From: Chiloscyllium plagiosum | Taxonomy: Eukaryota | NCBI RefSeq assembly: GCF_004010195.1 | Contig: NC_057718.1 | Span: 81,508,591 to 81,544,440, forward strand | DNA: 35,850 bases | Direction: 5' to 3' | Part shown: piece after piece, positions 23,098 to 33,649 of the stretch | Position numbering within the stretch: the first letter of the stretch is position 1 | Layout of the letters: every line of letters starts with the position of its first letter | The notes under the pieces: generated by a model | What the model saw: only the letters and a program-made list of their open reading frames with translations | The model's database searches: none | What the model was told of the DNA's origin: nothing | Translations under genes and position numbers: made by a program

Positions 23098-24244
23098 GGA
23101 ATTCCTTCTTCAAACAGCTCTTCTGTGCTTCCTCCTTTACGACATGCCCAAACAAATATTTCTAAGTTTTCAGTCATCCAACCTAGCATCTCCTTCAGTG
23201 GCTCAGTGTGATATTTTGTTTTCCTCCTCGATGCACTTTTGAGTGTTTATACATAAATGTATGTTGCTGTTGTTGAAAAACATAGAAATTGTAAAACAAT
23301 ACCATTGTAAAGCACATTCAGTCTAGAATCCGTACTGTTGGTTTGGAACAGTTTGTGCAATGTTGACTGATTTCTCTAAACTGCTTTTGCATTTTCTTTT
23401 GCCTCCTGTTCACTCAACAGTAAACATCTCATTCTGGCTGTAGAGACAAGAATTTGTTTGCACTGGAGTTTATGGTGTAGTCAATGTAATTTAATGGAGG
23501 AGTTAGTCAGTGTCAGTGTCCTTTCCGATAATGCAGTGATTTGGTTCCATCCATCATAAGGCAGCAGAAAGCCAGCAGCTGAGATCCAGTTCAAAGTCAC
23601 AACTTCCCATTGGAAATCATTTCCTCAGTTGCTGAAACTCAAACATAATCATTACTCCCTCCAGTCTGTGTATACAATGGGAAGTACTTGAGGGTGGGTG
23701 GGGAGATTTGGAGTGTTGGGGTCAGTGGTTCAAGCTAACAGCCATTGGCAAACATTATTTGGTATTAGCCTCCAGATCAAATGGAGCATAGAGAATAAAT
23801 TAAGGCGCTGGAGTAATGGCACCTGTCCGCCTCACTCATGCTTTGAACTTTGAGTCAAGGTAAAATCTATCCCCCAGGACCTCAGTGACAAATAATCTGA
23901 CATACAGAATCATGCAGACTGCAGGCTGTGAAACAAGCCTTTGCTGGAGTGAATTAAAACTATAAATAAACCTAAAACTGGGCATGTTTTTCTGTTGATT
24001 TCATTGTGCGAAACATAATTCTGTGGAAAGTGTGCTGAGAAATTCCAAAACCGTGAATTCCACTTAGCTCCAAAAGGCATTCCATGTCCTTTTCATAAGA
24101 AACAAACAGAAGTCCGAACACAAATGAGAGATGAAATGTCAATTGGTCATTTCCGATTAATTGGAGATCATTTTTCAAATAGTTTTTGTGTAAACAAATA
24201 TTATATCAGGGAATGGTGATGTAATAAGTTCTAATTCAAGATTT

Positions 24245-24785
24245 TGTTTATTTGTTCTTGGTATAGAGAGTCATTGGGAAAGTTAACCTCTGTGGCCTAT
24301 CCCTAAATACCTTTAACTAGCTGGTGAGCTGTTGTCTTTTTGAACCAGTCTATGTGGTGTGGGTGCACTCAGGGAGAGACTTCCAGGACTTTGACTCAGC
24401 AACAATAAAGAAACAGTCACATAATCCAAGTGGATTTGGTGCATGGTGTTGGAGGGGAACATGCAGATGGTATTCTTAAATGACTGGTCTCTTTGTGGTT
24501 TTGGGAATTGAGGGCTGTGGTTTGGAAGGTGTGGCTGATACCACTGTTCACCTGCTTAGTGTGTTGCTACAGTGAATCTTATACACTCTGCTCCTGTGGT
24601 GGAGAGAATGATCAGAGGGCTGCTTGTCAAGTTTGGCGATTTTTCCTTGGATTGTGTCAAGCCTCTCAAGGTTTGTTGGAGCAGCCCTCATCCAGGAACA
24701 AGAGAACTCTGTATTCTTTTATACTCCTGACTCATGCCTTCTGAATGGTGAACAGGTTTTAGAAAATAAGGAGGCGAGTTGCAGA
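24245..24785 (-). mobile_element. Decayed LINE 3' portion (CR1/L2 group, family uncertain)
   Basis: GGGAGAGACTTCCAGGACTTTGACTCAGC and TTGGAGGGGAACATGCAG resemble an abundant shark LINE 3' region as I recall it; no clean protein motif. Confidence 0.45.
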
Positions 24786-25104
24786 ATTTCTACAATATGG
24801 AAGTCAGACATCGAGTCCGCACCAACCCTCCAAAGAGCACCCCCCTCCCCCCAATCCCTTTAACCCTGCATTTAATCCACCTATCATGCATATCCCAGGA
24901 CACTATGGACAATTTAACATAGCTGATCCACCTAACCTTCACATCTTTGGACTGTGGGAGGAAACCAGAGCACCTGAAGGAAACCAGCACAGACATGGGA
25001 AGAATTTACAAACTCTACGTAGACAGTTACTCAAGGCTGGAATTGAACCCAGGTGCCTGTTACTGTGAGGCAGCAGTGCTAACCACTGAGCCAGGGTGCT
25101 GCCC
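24786..25104 (-). mobile_element. HE1-type SINE, near full length
   Basis: Minus GGGCAGCACCCTGGCTCAGTGGTTAGCACTGCTGCCTCACAG, B-box GGTTCAATTCC, typical body and tail. Confidence 0.92.
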
Positions 25105-25585
25105 TGTGAGCTGCTCTTGTAGTCACAGTTTTATGAATAATAAGACAAGGACTGAAAACTAGTACGATGAACATTTATTAAATATTTATTATAGTTCAGT
25201 AGTGTTGCATTCAAATCATCCTCCCTCAGGTCTTATCTCCACATGATCTAACATCACTCTAACTGTTAAAGCCTCATCTTCTACAACTTGCTCGATGCCT
25301 TTCATTCTATCTCTTATAGATTTACTCAGACTCCCACGTACAACCCAAAGTCTCTTTCACCAAGGGTGTCATTGTCCAATAGTGTTCTTAGCTTGACCTT
25401 GTTATTTTCTTCTAGGAGTGGGAACATATCGTCAGCCTGGATTGCCAGTTTCTCCCAGCAGCAAATAACAGGACTGTGACACTGATGATGACTTGAAGGC
25501 AAAAAAACAATGAAGATGGATCAAAGGGGACAAATCTTTAGGACCTCGACCATCAAAAACCGATAAAGTGGAAGACAATGAACTG

Positions 25586-25842
25586 ATGGTGGTTAGCACT
25601 GCAGCCTCACAGCGCCAGGGACCCAGGTTTGAATCCAGCCTTGGGCGACTGTGTGGAGTTTGCACATTCTCCCTGTGTCTGCCTGGGTTTGATCCGGTTT
25701 CCTCCCACAGTCCAAAGATGTGCTGGTCAGGTGGATTGGCAATGCTAAATTGCCCATTGTGTGAGGTGCATTAGTCAGAGGGAAATGGGTCAGTGTGGAC
25801 TTGTTGGGCTGAAGGGCCTGTTTCCACACTGTAGGGATTCTA
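25586..25842 (+). mobile_element. HE1-type SINE with internal deletion
   Basis: GTGGTTAGCACTGCAGCCTCACAGCGCCAGGGACCCAGGTTTGAATCC; tail GAAGGGCCTGTTTCCACACTGTAGGGATTCTA. Confidence 0.92.
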
Positions 25843-26569
25843 AAAAAACTTCATTCTCTTCTGTTTTTCCTTTTTCTCATTTGCACTCTGGGGAAAGGTT
25901 GAAGCACTGGTTTGAAAATATGAAGCACTTTGAGCTCCCATGAAGAGCTTCACCACTGTATGATGAAAGATGAAAGAACTATTCAAACCCCCACCCTCAA
26001 ATGAATTAGCTGGACAGAAAGAAGAATATTCTGAAGACAAAGAAACTATGATTTCCCTCCTACTCCGAGGGTGCAGATTTTTCTTTCTTTCGGTTGTTGT
26101 ATTACTTCCACAGTCTTTTCAGCTTGAGACTATTCCTCTGCAGTCAATGCCAACTCAAGAACTCCAGCTATTATATATTGTGATGCCAACCACTAACAAC
26201 TTGTGGTTGGTGCAGTTTACTGTCACCATCATCTTTCTTTAACTTGATCTAAGGGTCTGCATAATTTAGTGGTAGATTAAAACCACTGGACAAAATGCCT
26301 AGTGTTGTGATTATGTTTCGAGACATGTAATCAAAGAAGACTGATAACACAGGGATTCAGAAATTATCTCCTTTTCTGTCACTGTGCAGATTTGAATCTT
26401 GTTGTGACTTTAAAATTAGAAATAATGATGTGGTACCCGTAAGAAGTGATCATGAAGCTCTCTGACTTGAAGGTGTTGAGTGCTGTTAGAAAAGCTAGCT
26501 GTTGGATGGGTTGTTAAACAGGACTGATGCATGCTCTTGTGCCAAAATTTGTTTCTTAAACATTTCTAC

Positions 26570-26722
26570 AACGGGATGATCTTGTCACTGTCACATTGCT
26601 ATTTGTGGAAGCTTATTGTATTCAAATTATCCGCTATATTACGACAGCGATTACACTTCAAAACCGCTTCATTGGTAGAAAGTGCCCTGGAGCTGTGAAA
26701 AGTGGAACACATACGCACATTA
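26570..26722 (+). mobile_element. DeuSINE (SacSINE1/AmnSINE1-like) 3' remnant
   Basis: TCACATTGCTATTTGTGGAAGCTT..TTACACTTCAAAA..CTTCATTGG..AAAGTGC..TGTGAAAAG resembles the remembered DeuSINE 3' consensus. Confidence 0.65.
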
Positions 26723-26949
26723 TTTTATCTCACAGTTGTCAAGTTGTTTGTGAATAACATTCTTTGATTCTTGGTGCAAAAGAACTTCTGTTTTTGGTTT
26801 AAAAATATGCTAGACAAAAGGGATCATCATAAGTGACTTTACAACATCACTAGGTACATAAAGACTTACAGCTGATTCAGGTGAAAAAGTCATTTTGTGT
26901 AACTGTCTCACACAGTGGAATAATACCACTCCATTAGTCAGCCTTGTTT

Positions 26950-27356
26950 TTGGAATATAACATGCAATTTGGAAGTATAGTGAGATGTCAGAAGGATAGT
27001 GATCAACTTCAAATGGATACAGATAGGCTGACTGAATGGATAGACATAGGGCAGATGTCTTCCTTCACACTTTTCTGCATTGAACTTCATCTTAGTAGGA
27101 GTGAAGAAAGACAGTATAAACAAAAGGATACATTTCTAATGGTAGTTTTCTCTCACCTGAAGTATTGCGTCCAATTCTGGGCACTGCATTTTCGAGAGGA
27201 TATAAGGTCTTTTGAGAGGATGCAGAAGATATTTATGAGAATGATTCCAAACTATGTTGCGAGATTGGATAGGACATTTAAAATTCATGAGCAGTTTAGA
27301 CACCTGTAATTACTGATGGGCTGAAAGGCCTCTGCTGTGATCATCTTGATTCTATG
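26950..27356 (+). mobile_element. Highly deleted old CR1 3' fragment
   Basis: DQLQMDTDRLTEW, HLKYCVQFWALHFREDIRSFERMQKIFMRMIP; GGGCTGAAAGGCC..GATTCTATG tail. Confidence 0.8.
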
Positions 27357-27906
27357 GGAACAGTGGCAAAGGTAATGACTTAATCAGGTGGGAATCCAAA
27401 ACTCAGAATCTTGTAGTTGAGATTCAACTTTTGTAATTCGATCCTCCCTGTTCAGGCGGTGAAGCAACTTTCTTGTCATCAGGTGGATATAATCCTGTCT
27501 GTGTGCATTTGCATCTCATTAATTACATAACTCACCGAAATTAAATTCCTCTTCCCAATTAATTACTTCCCAATCGAAAACTCAATGCTCGAAACCTGAT
27601 GGCTTAAGCTGAGTGTGTACCTGTTGATTTGGTTTTCAGCCCCCAGTCCAGATGAGTACATGGTTTTAGTTGCCACGAGTTAAACCTTCTCAACGTTTCT
27701 TGTCTTCACTTTTGCTTTTAGCTCTATAACTGTAGTAGGTGTATCCAAGAAGACCAAGCCAGGATGAGTTCCTGATCAATCACAGAATTCAACTGGAGAA
27801 GGATAACACACTGGCTTCTCCTTTAGAGTGACAGCTTAGTTTACATAGCCAGGCAGCAACTTTTGTCTTATGTTGGTAAGTTGGTGCAAAAGGCAAGGAG
27901 GTAGCC

Positions 27907-28800
27907 TGTTATTGCGAGTTTACCTCCAAGAGAGTGTTTTTACCTGATATGGTAATACTTACCTTCTCTCCCTTCATGTAAGAAATGGGGCATGGATATC
28001 ATAGTATTGAAGAATCTAGCGGATATATATTGATCCAAGGTAAGATGGAGTTTGGTATCTTTATACCCTCAGGTCGTGTGCCATGAGATTGTGATGGTAT
28101 CATGAAAATGCCTCTAAGGCATACTGACTCTGAGACATAACACAATATCTCTCTTTCTTCAAAAGATAATCACTTATCCCAAGTCGACATGCATGATCAG
28201 ACATAAACATGGATGCCAATTCAATATTATACAAAACGGGTAAAACAATGTTTACAAGACTAACATTTCAAACTTCAATGTAATGGTTTGGATGTTTGAT
28301 GACACGCCCTGATATGGTGATCATATACCTTTCTGAAGAGATACCCATTGTTCGTTCGTGCGTTGTTTGACAACTTGGTTGTGTAGCTGCTGGTTGCTCT
28401 CACTCAATGTCAAAACACAGTCATTATCAGAGTGTTCTTCCTCCTGCTTGATTAGTATACCATACACGAGTCTGAGCTGGCTTCTGTTGCTTCACAGTGT
28501 AGCACCAGTTTCAGTAATGACTTTGTATGATTCAGACTGGTTACATATTCCAGGAATCTTTGTTATATCTAAGTATTTGAATTTCTAACTCTCAATCTCT
28601 GGCTAGTATGTAGTTTTCTACCTGCTCTCTAATCATGTATCTCTTTCATTCTCCTGTATTTGGAGAAGAATGTTGTGTGTCTTGGAATAATTAGACAGTT
28701 GGTTGCTGAACAACCTCTGAGCTTGTCTTCCGAGTGTAAGTTATGAATAGCTCTCATCGTGTTAATGAAAGTTTCATATATTGAGTTGCTAAGTCATTGG
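27907..28800 (-). mobile_element. Decayed Ty3/Gypsy 3' end: integrase C-terminal tail, PPT, putative LTR (~27907-28147)
   Basis: Minus QSESYKVITETGATL*SNRSQLR and YMITISGRVIKHPNHYIEV*; purine tract GAAGAAAGAGAGA (28148-28160) followed by a ~240-bp block with TATAAAG that ends AATAACA. Confidence 0.65.
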
Positions 28801-29038
28801 ATAGTGGGAAATTTTGAGAAATAATCCATCACAAAAATGCAATCTTCCCTTGATCAGTGAATAGGTCTGTTGTGACTAAGATTCAATGAATGGATGCAAC
28901 ATCATGTGGACATAGAGGCACCTTCAATTGCATGAGTTGATATGTTTCACATGTCACACATGCTTTCATGAGTCGTCTAATAGCCTGATTTATTCCTGGC
29001 CAAACACTGATTCACATTCTAGCCATTTTGTGCCTTGA

Positions 29039-29236
29039 AGAAAGTGAGGACTGCAGATGCTGGAGATCAGAGTCAAAAAGTGTGATGCTGGAAAAGCACA
29101 GCAGGTCAGGCAGCATCTGAGGAGCAGGAGAGTCGACGTTTCGAGCATGAGCGAAGAGGGCATGCTCAAAATGTCGACTCTCCCGCTCTTCGGATGCTGC
29201 CTGACCTGCTGTGCTTTTCCAGCACCACATGTTTTG
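29039..29236 (-). mobile_element. Palindromic Penelope-terminus element with 14-bp TSD
   Basis: ATTTTGTGCCTTGA at 29025-29038 and 29237-29250; minus copy 29039-29152 joined to inverted partial copy 29153-29236. Confidence 0.92.
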
Positions 29237-29399
29237 ATTTTGTGCCTTGAGTTTGACATGAGCGGATTTTCAACTTTACCTTAACCTAAATGCTTTTGGA
29301 TAACCTAGGAACACTAGATTTGGCAAATGCACCTTTATATTTGTGTGGGAACATGTCCACACTGTATAAATGTAGAATCTCACATTTGAATACTTCCCA

Positions 29400-31050
29400 C
29401 AAATTGGTAACTCTAATCTGTCCACTTTAGTCAGATAATTTCTCAGCTTTGTAAATTATGCTTTCCCCCAAATTAGAACTTATACTCCTCTTCTACCTTT
29501 GTCCTTCCATAATGATGCCAAATCTAACTATTATGACTCCTATTTCCAAAGTGATCACTTATTACTACTTCAGCTGTCTACCCACCTTCATTTGCTGTGA
29601 CCAAGTTTAGAATTGCACTGTGAGTTGTTGGGCTTGCTACGAGTTACCCAGAAAGATTCACCTGAATGTTGTTCAGAATTTTGTGCCTTCTATCTGTTTC
29701 ATACTGTTAGGATCCTATTTGATGATTGGGTAGTTGAAGTTCCTATTTATCACTGTCCTATGGTTGTCGCATTCAGAAATGTGTGTACCTATTTGCTCCT
29801 CTAACTCTCTCCCAGTATTTGAGGGTCTATCATATTTGCCTAGCTGTATGGTTGCCCCTTTACTGTTTCTGAGCTCAACCCATATGTCCTCATTTGATGC
29901 TTCATTTAGAATATCACTCTTCCACATAGTGCTTGTGGTTTGATCAATTCTGCAAATAATGCTGCACTCCTTTTATCGCTTTCTTAATCCTGCTTGAAAA
30001 CTCTACATCCAGTGATGTCAAGCTCCCATCCTTGCCCTTCTTTCAAATGTTTCCATTACAACAATATCATGTTGCCAAGTGTCTGTCTGTGCCCTGAGCT
30101 CATCAATTTTATTCACTATACTCCTTGCATTGCTGTCAATTTTATGTGTTATACACCCTTTCCTTCTATCCTTCAGAGTCATTCATTAAGTTTCTGCCTC
30201 CCTTTCTCTATTCTGAATTTGCCCTCGGTTTCCTATCATCCTATATCTAGTTTAAACCCTGCCCAACAGTGCTAGTAAATTTTAAAGCAAGTATACTTAC
30301 CCTGGTTCTGTTCAGATATGAACTATCTAACTTGTAGCTTGCCCAGTATCAGTATTATTGCCCCAAAAAGCTGTCACCAAGCCTTCAACACCAGATTTCC
30401 AGCTGCATGTTTAATTGTTCACCTCCCCAATATCAATGCTGTGAGTATGAGAGACCATGAGTAACATGACATGACTGCTTTAGAGGTCCTGCCTTTCCAT
30501 TTCCTTCCCAGTTCCTTGAAATCTAACTTCATCCCTATTTCTACCAAAGTCATTGGTACTGTTGTGGACCGTGACTTCTTGTTAATCATCTTCACCCAGA
30601 AGAATGTTATGATGAGCTTCCCAAGATGCCATGGAATTTGCTCTGGGTGCTTTCTTCTGCAGAGCTATTACCCTCACCAGTATCTGAATTAGGATACTGG
30701 TTAGCAAATACATTAGACGTAGGGGACGCCTGCACTGACTGTCTGGTTCTTCTAGATTTCTTGGCAGCCACCCATTTCTTTGCTGATTATAAGCTTCTAA
30801 ACATGCTTTCCACATAGTTCTCTGCATTGCGGATGTATGACAGTGACTCCAGCCAATTTTGAAATCCAGATTTCAAGCTTGTACAGCTGGTGACACTTCC
30901 TGTTGTTGTGTTTGTCTGGGACATGTGGTTTGTCTATAACTTCTCTCACACCACAGGAGGCATGCTCTACTTAACTGAGCTCACCTGCCATTTAAACACT
31001 ATTTATTATATATAAAATAGTTTAAAAGAAATTTACCAGTACTCACCAAT
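29400..31050 (-). mobile_element. Old decayed CR1 5' portion (ORF1 and APE)
   Basis: EDIWVELRNSKGATIQLGKYDRPS..NRNFNYP; faint colinearity with 4600-6500. Confidence 0.7.
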
Positions 31051-32199
31051 CAGCTTCTTCTCTAGTAATGAAGTAAAAGCCAACTATAAGAGGTAGCTTC
31101 CAATGCAGACTTCCTTCTTGTGCTGTTTTCAGTCTCTTAGAGCAGTCTGATCTCATTGTGCTTTGACTCTGGGACAGCCCTGCTCATCCATCAGCTGTTC
31201 TTTCATGTTCTATCATTGCCCAAACCCCTTGTTCATTTTATATGTGCTGCCCCTCAGTTGACCTCCCTGAAACTACTGACCCAATGTTCTTAGGCTTGTG
31301 GCTAACTTTATTTCCCTGCCATTTCTTTCCAGAAAGACATTGCCAAGACCCAAACCAAGTCATTTACTTTTTGTCAGGAAATCTGAAGTTCTGCATCGGT
31401 TAACCCTTACCAAATGTACCTATCCACATTTGCTGCTTACTTGAGCTGCACTCACAAATCCACAAGCTTTTAGGTCCTGTTTGATGCTGCATTCACATCG
31501 ATCCATCACTAAGAATGTTTCTTTCCACCTCTGATGTATCTCTCATACCTCACTCTCCTAGCTGCTGAAGCACTGGTTAGGTGAGGTGTGTGTTTTGATC
31601 ATTTAATCCTCAAATCAATGAAGCTATTAAACATTGAACATCAGGAGCCGTGGTTTGATGAATTATGCAATGCATGGAATACTCTTTTAAAATGCACATA
31701 AAAGGTCACATTTTCAGCTGGACTTTAAGACAGTTGGTAAACAATTCAAACACATTCCAGTTGTGAACTTAGTATCTTAGGCCAAATATTACAAATACCT
31801 TGCTTTTAAAAAGAATCCCTTACCTTGTTAACATATTAATAAATTGACTCCTGTTACACATAATATTGCTGTTGCACTATATGAAACTTGAATTTTACAG
31901 TTATCTTTGATTCATTCATTGTGTGCAGTTTGCTGCACAGAAGGGTCAACTAAAGGGGTTATGTGATCTTTTTTCTTCACAGAACCAAGTGTTTCACATG
32001 CTTGTTATAATGTTATTTGAAATGTATGAAATAGAATGCATCAAGATGTCTTTTAATTAGGCTTACTGAAGTGACTAAACTGACCATTGCTTTAAATGCA
32101 GCCCTGGGTCAATAACCCATTGCTACTTTAAATTGACTTAATCTTTCCTGCTTAACAGGTTAAGGCTAAAGGCTATTATTAGTACATCATCAAGGGAAA

Positions 32200-32690
32200 T
32201 CGATACCAGTATAAAGGTAGCTGACTTCAGAATGGTTTGATTAACTCTTACCTGACATTGTCATTGATGCATTTACCATCTGCATGCTCAACTTCACTAA
32301 TACCCTTCTCTCCTATGCTCTAGACCGAAAGATTCAACTTATAGTCCACCATCAACAGCTTATCCTATTAATAATTATACTCCCCACCACACTTCACTGC
32401 CCTCCTGTCCCTGCCGTTGCTGATTTTCAAATCCTTGGCCTCATTTACAAGTTTCTCCATGGTCTCTTTTTCCATCTTTCAATTTTTCTTAGCTTTACAA
32501 AGCAGCTTGGATTCTGCTCTTTTCTCAGTCTGGAATACTGTCAACCATTCTTTGCTCCCAACCACCTTCCAACTTCTTGGTCTTAGCCATGTGTATTGCA
32601 CACCATAGAAACCTCTTCCTAAACTACTCTATTAGTTCTTTTCTATCTATGTAATCCTCTGCAAAAGCACTTTTAATAACTGTTTTAGAT
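32200..32690 (+). mobile_element. Very old L2-like fragment
   Basis: GATTTTCAAATCCTTGGCCTCATTTACAAGTTTCTCCATGGTCTC parallels ~17668-17717 of the other L2 remnant. Confidence 0.5.
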
Positions 32691-32727
32691 GCAGTTCCTG
32701 TTCATTGTTCAGTGTCCAATTCCTCCT

Positions 32728-33163
32728 CATATAGAGTCATGGAGATGTACAGCACAGAAACAGACCCTTCAGTCCAACTCAACCATGCCGACCAGATATC
32801 CCAACCCAATCTAGTCCCACCTGACAGCACCCACCCCATGTCCCTCAAAGTCCTTCCAATTCATATACCCATCCAAATGCCTTTTAAATGTTGTAATTGT
32901 ACTAGCTTCCACCACTTTCTCTGGCAGCCCATTCCATACACGCACCACCCTCTGAGTGAAAACGTTGCCCCATAGGTCTCTTTTATATCTTTCCCCCCTC
33001 ACCCTAAACCTATGCCCTCTAGTTCTGGACTCCCCCAGCCCAGGGAAAAGACATTGTCTATTAATGCAATCCATGCCTCTGATAATTTTATAAATTCTAT
33101 AAGGTCACCCCTCAGCTTCTGATGGTCCAGGGAAAACAGCCCTAGCCTATTCAATCTCTTCCT
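32728..33163 (-). mobile_element. CR1/HER1-like 3' fragment
   Basis: Reverse complement aligns with ~1020-1445; ESRTRGHRFRVRGERYKRDLWGNVFTQRVVRVWNGLP. Confidence 0.93.
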
Positions 33164-33649
33164 CACTTGCAAAGGGCGTTGGAAGATGTTTTGTTTTCTT
33201 TTTAAAGGAACTGTAATGGTGTGTAATAGTTTGACCCTTTAGTTCCTGTGGTGTCAAAAATGATGATGGTCTGTCAAGTCAGAGAGGGGTGAAGCGTTGG
33301 TGATGCCATTTGGAGAAAGAAATAGATTTAAAAATGGCAATGTTTAGATCTCTAAGGATTCATAAGTACCATCAGTGATCACTAGAGTGAAGAGGATCTT
33401 GGAGTGTATTCGTTGAATGCCATCTATAAGGCAAAACATACACTTTGTCCTTGTGCAATTCTTTGGACAGACCTGTTACAGAATATTATGTCTAGTTTCA
33501 GTCTCCTCACAATAGGTGACAATGGAGCTTTGTAAAGGGTTAAGAGTAAAACACAAGACCAATTCTCACTCTAATGTGTTGTATTATCAATGGATTAAAG
33601 AGCTGTGATTTTAAAATTGGAAAAAGACTAGATTTAGGGATGTGGAAAA

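Larger units (their letters stand above)
17290..23275 (+). mobile_element. Old L2-clade LINE 3' portion split by the L1 (segments ~17290-17853 and ~23098-23275)
   Basis: Degenerate LSSSPAESLFSCLYSLHNSPFQYSFGWSP-type region resembling L2 RT C-terminus; sequence is colinear across the L1; ATAAATGTATGTTGCTGTTGTTG tail. Confidence 0.7.

Noticed and set aside
23380..23560. Polypyrimidine tract plus CAG at 23420 as a host exon
   Set aside because: The following frames give no recognisable protein and no convincing donor; needs RNA-seq. Same for acceptor-like sites near 27721 and 31983.
23460..23876. Possible MITE ending GTAAAATCTATCCC
   Set aside because: No convincing matching left TIR or TSD.
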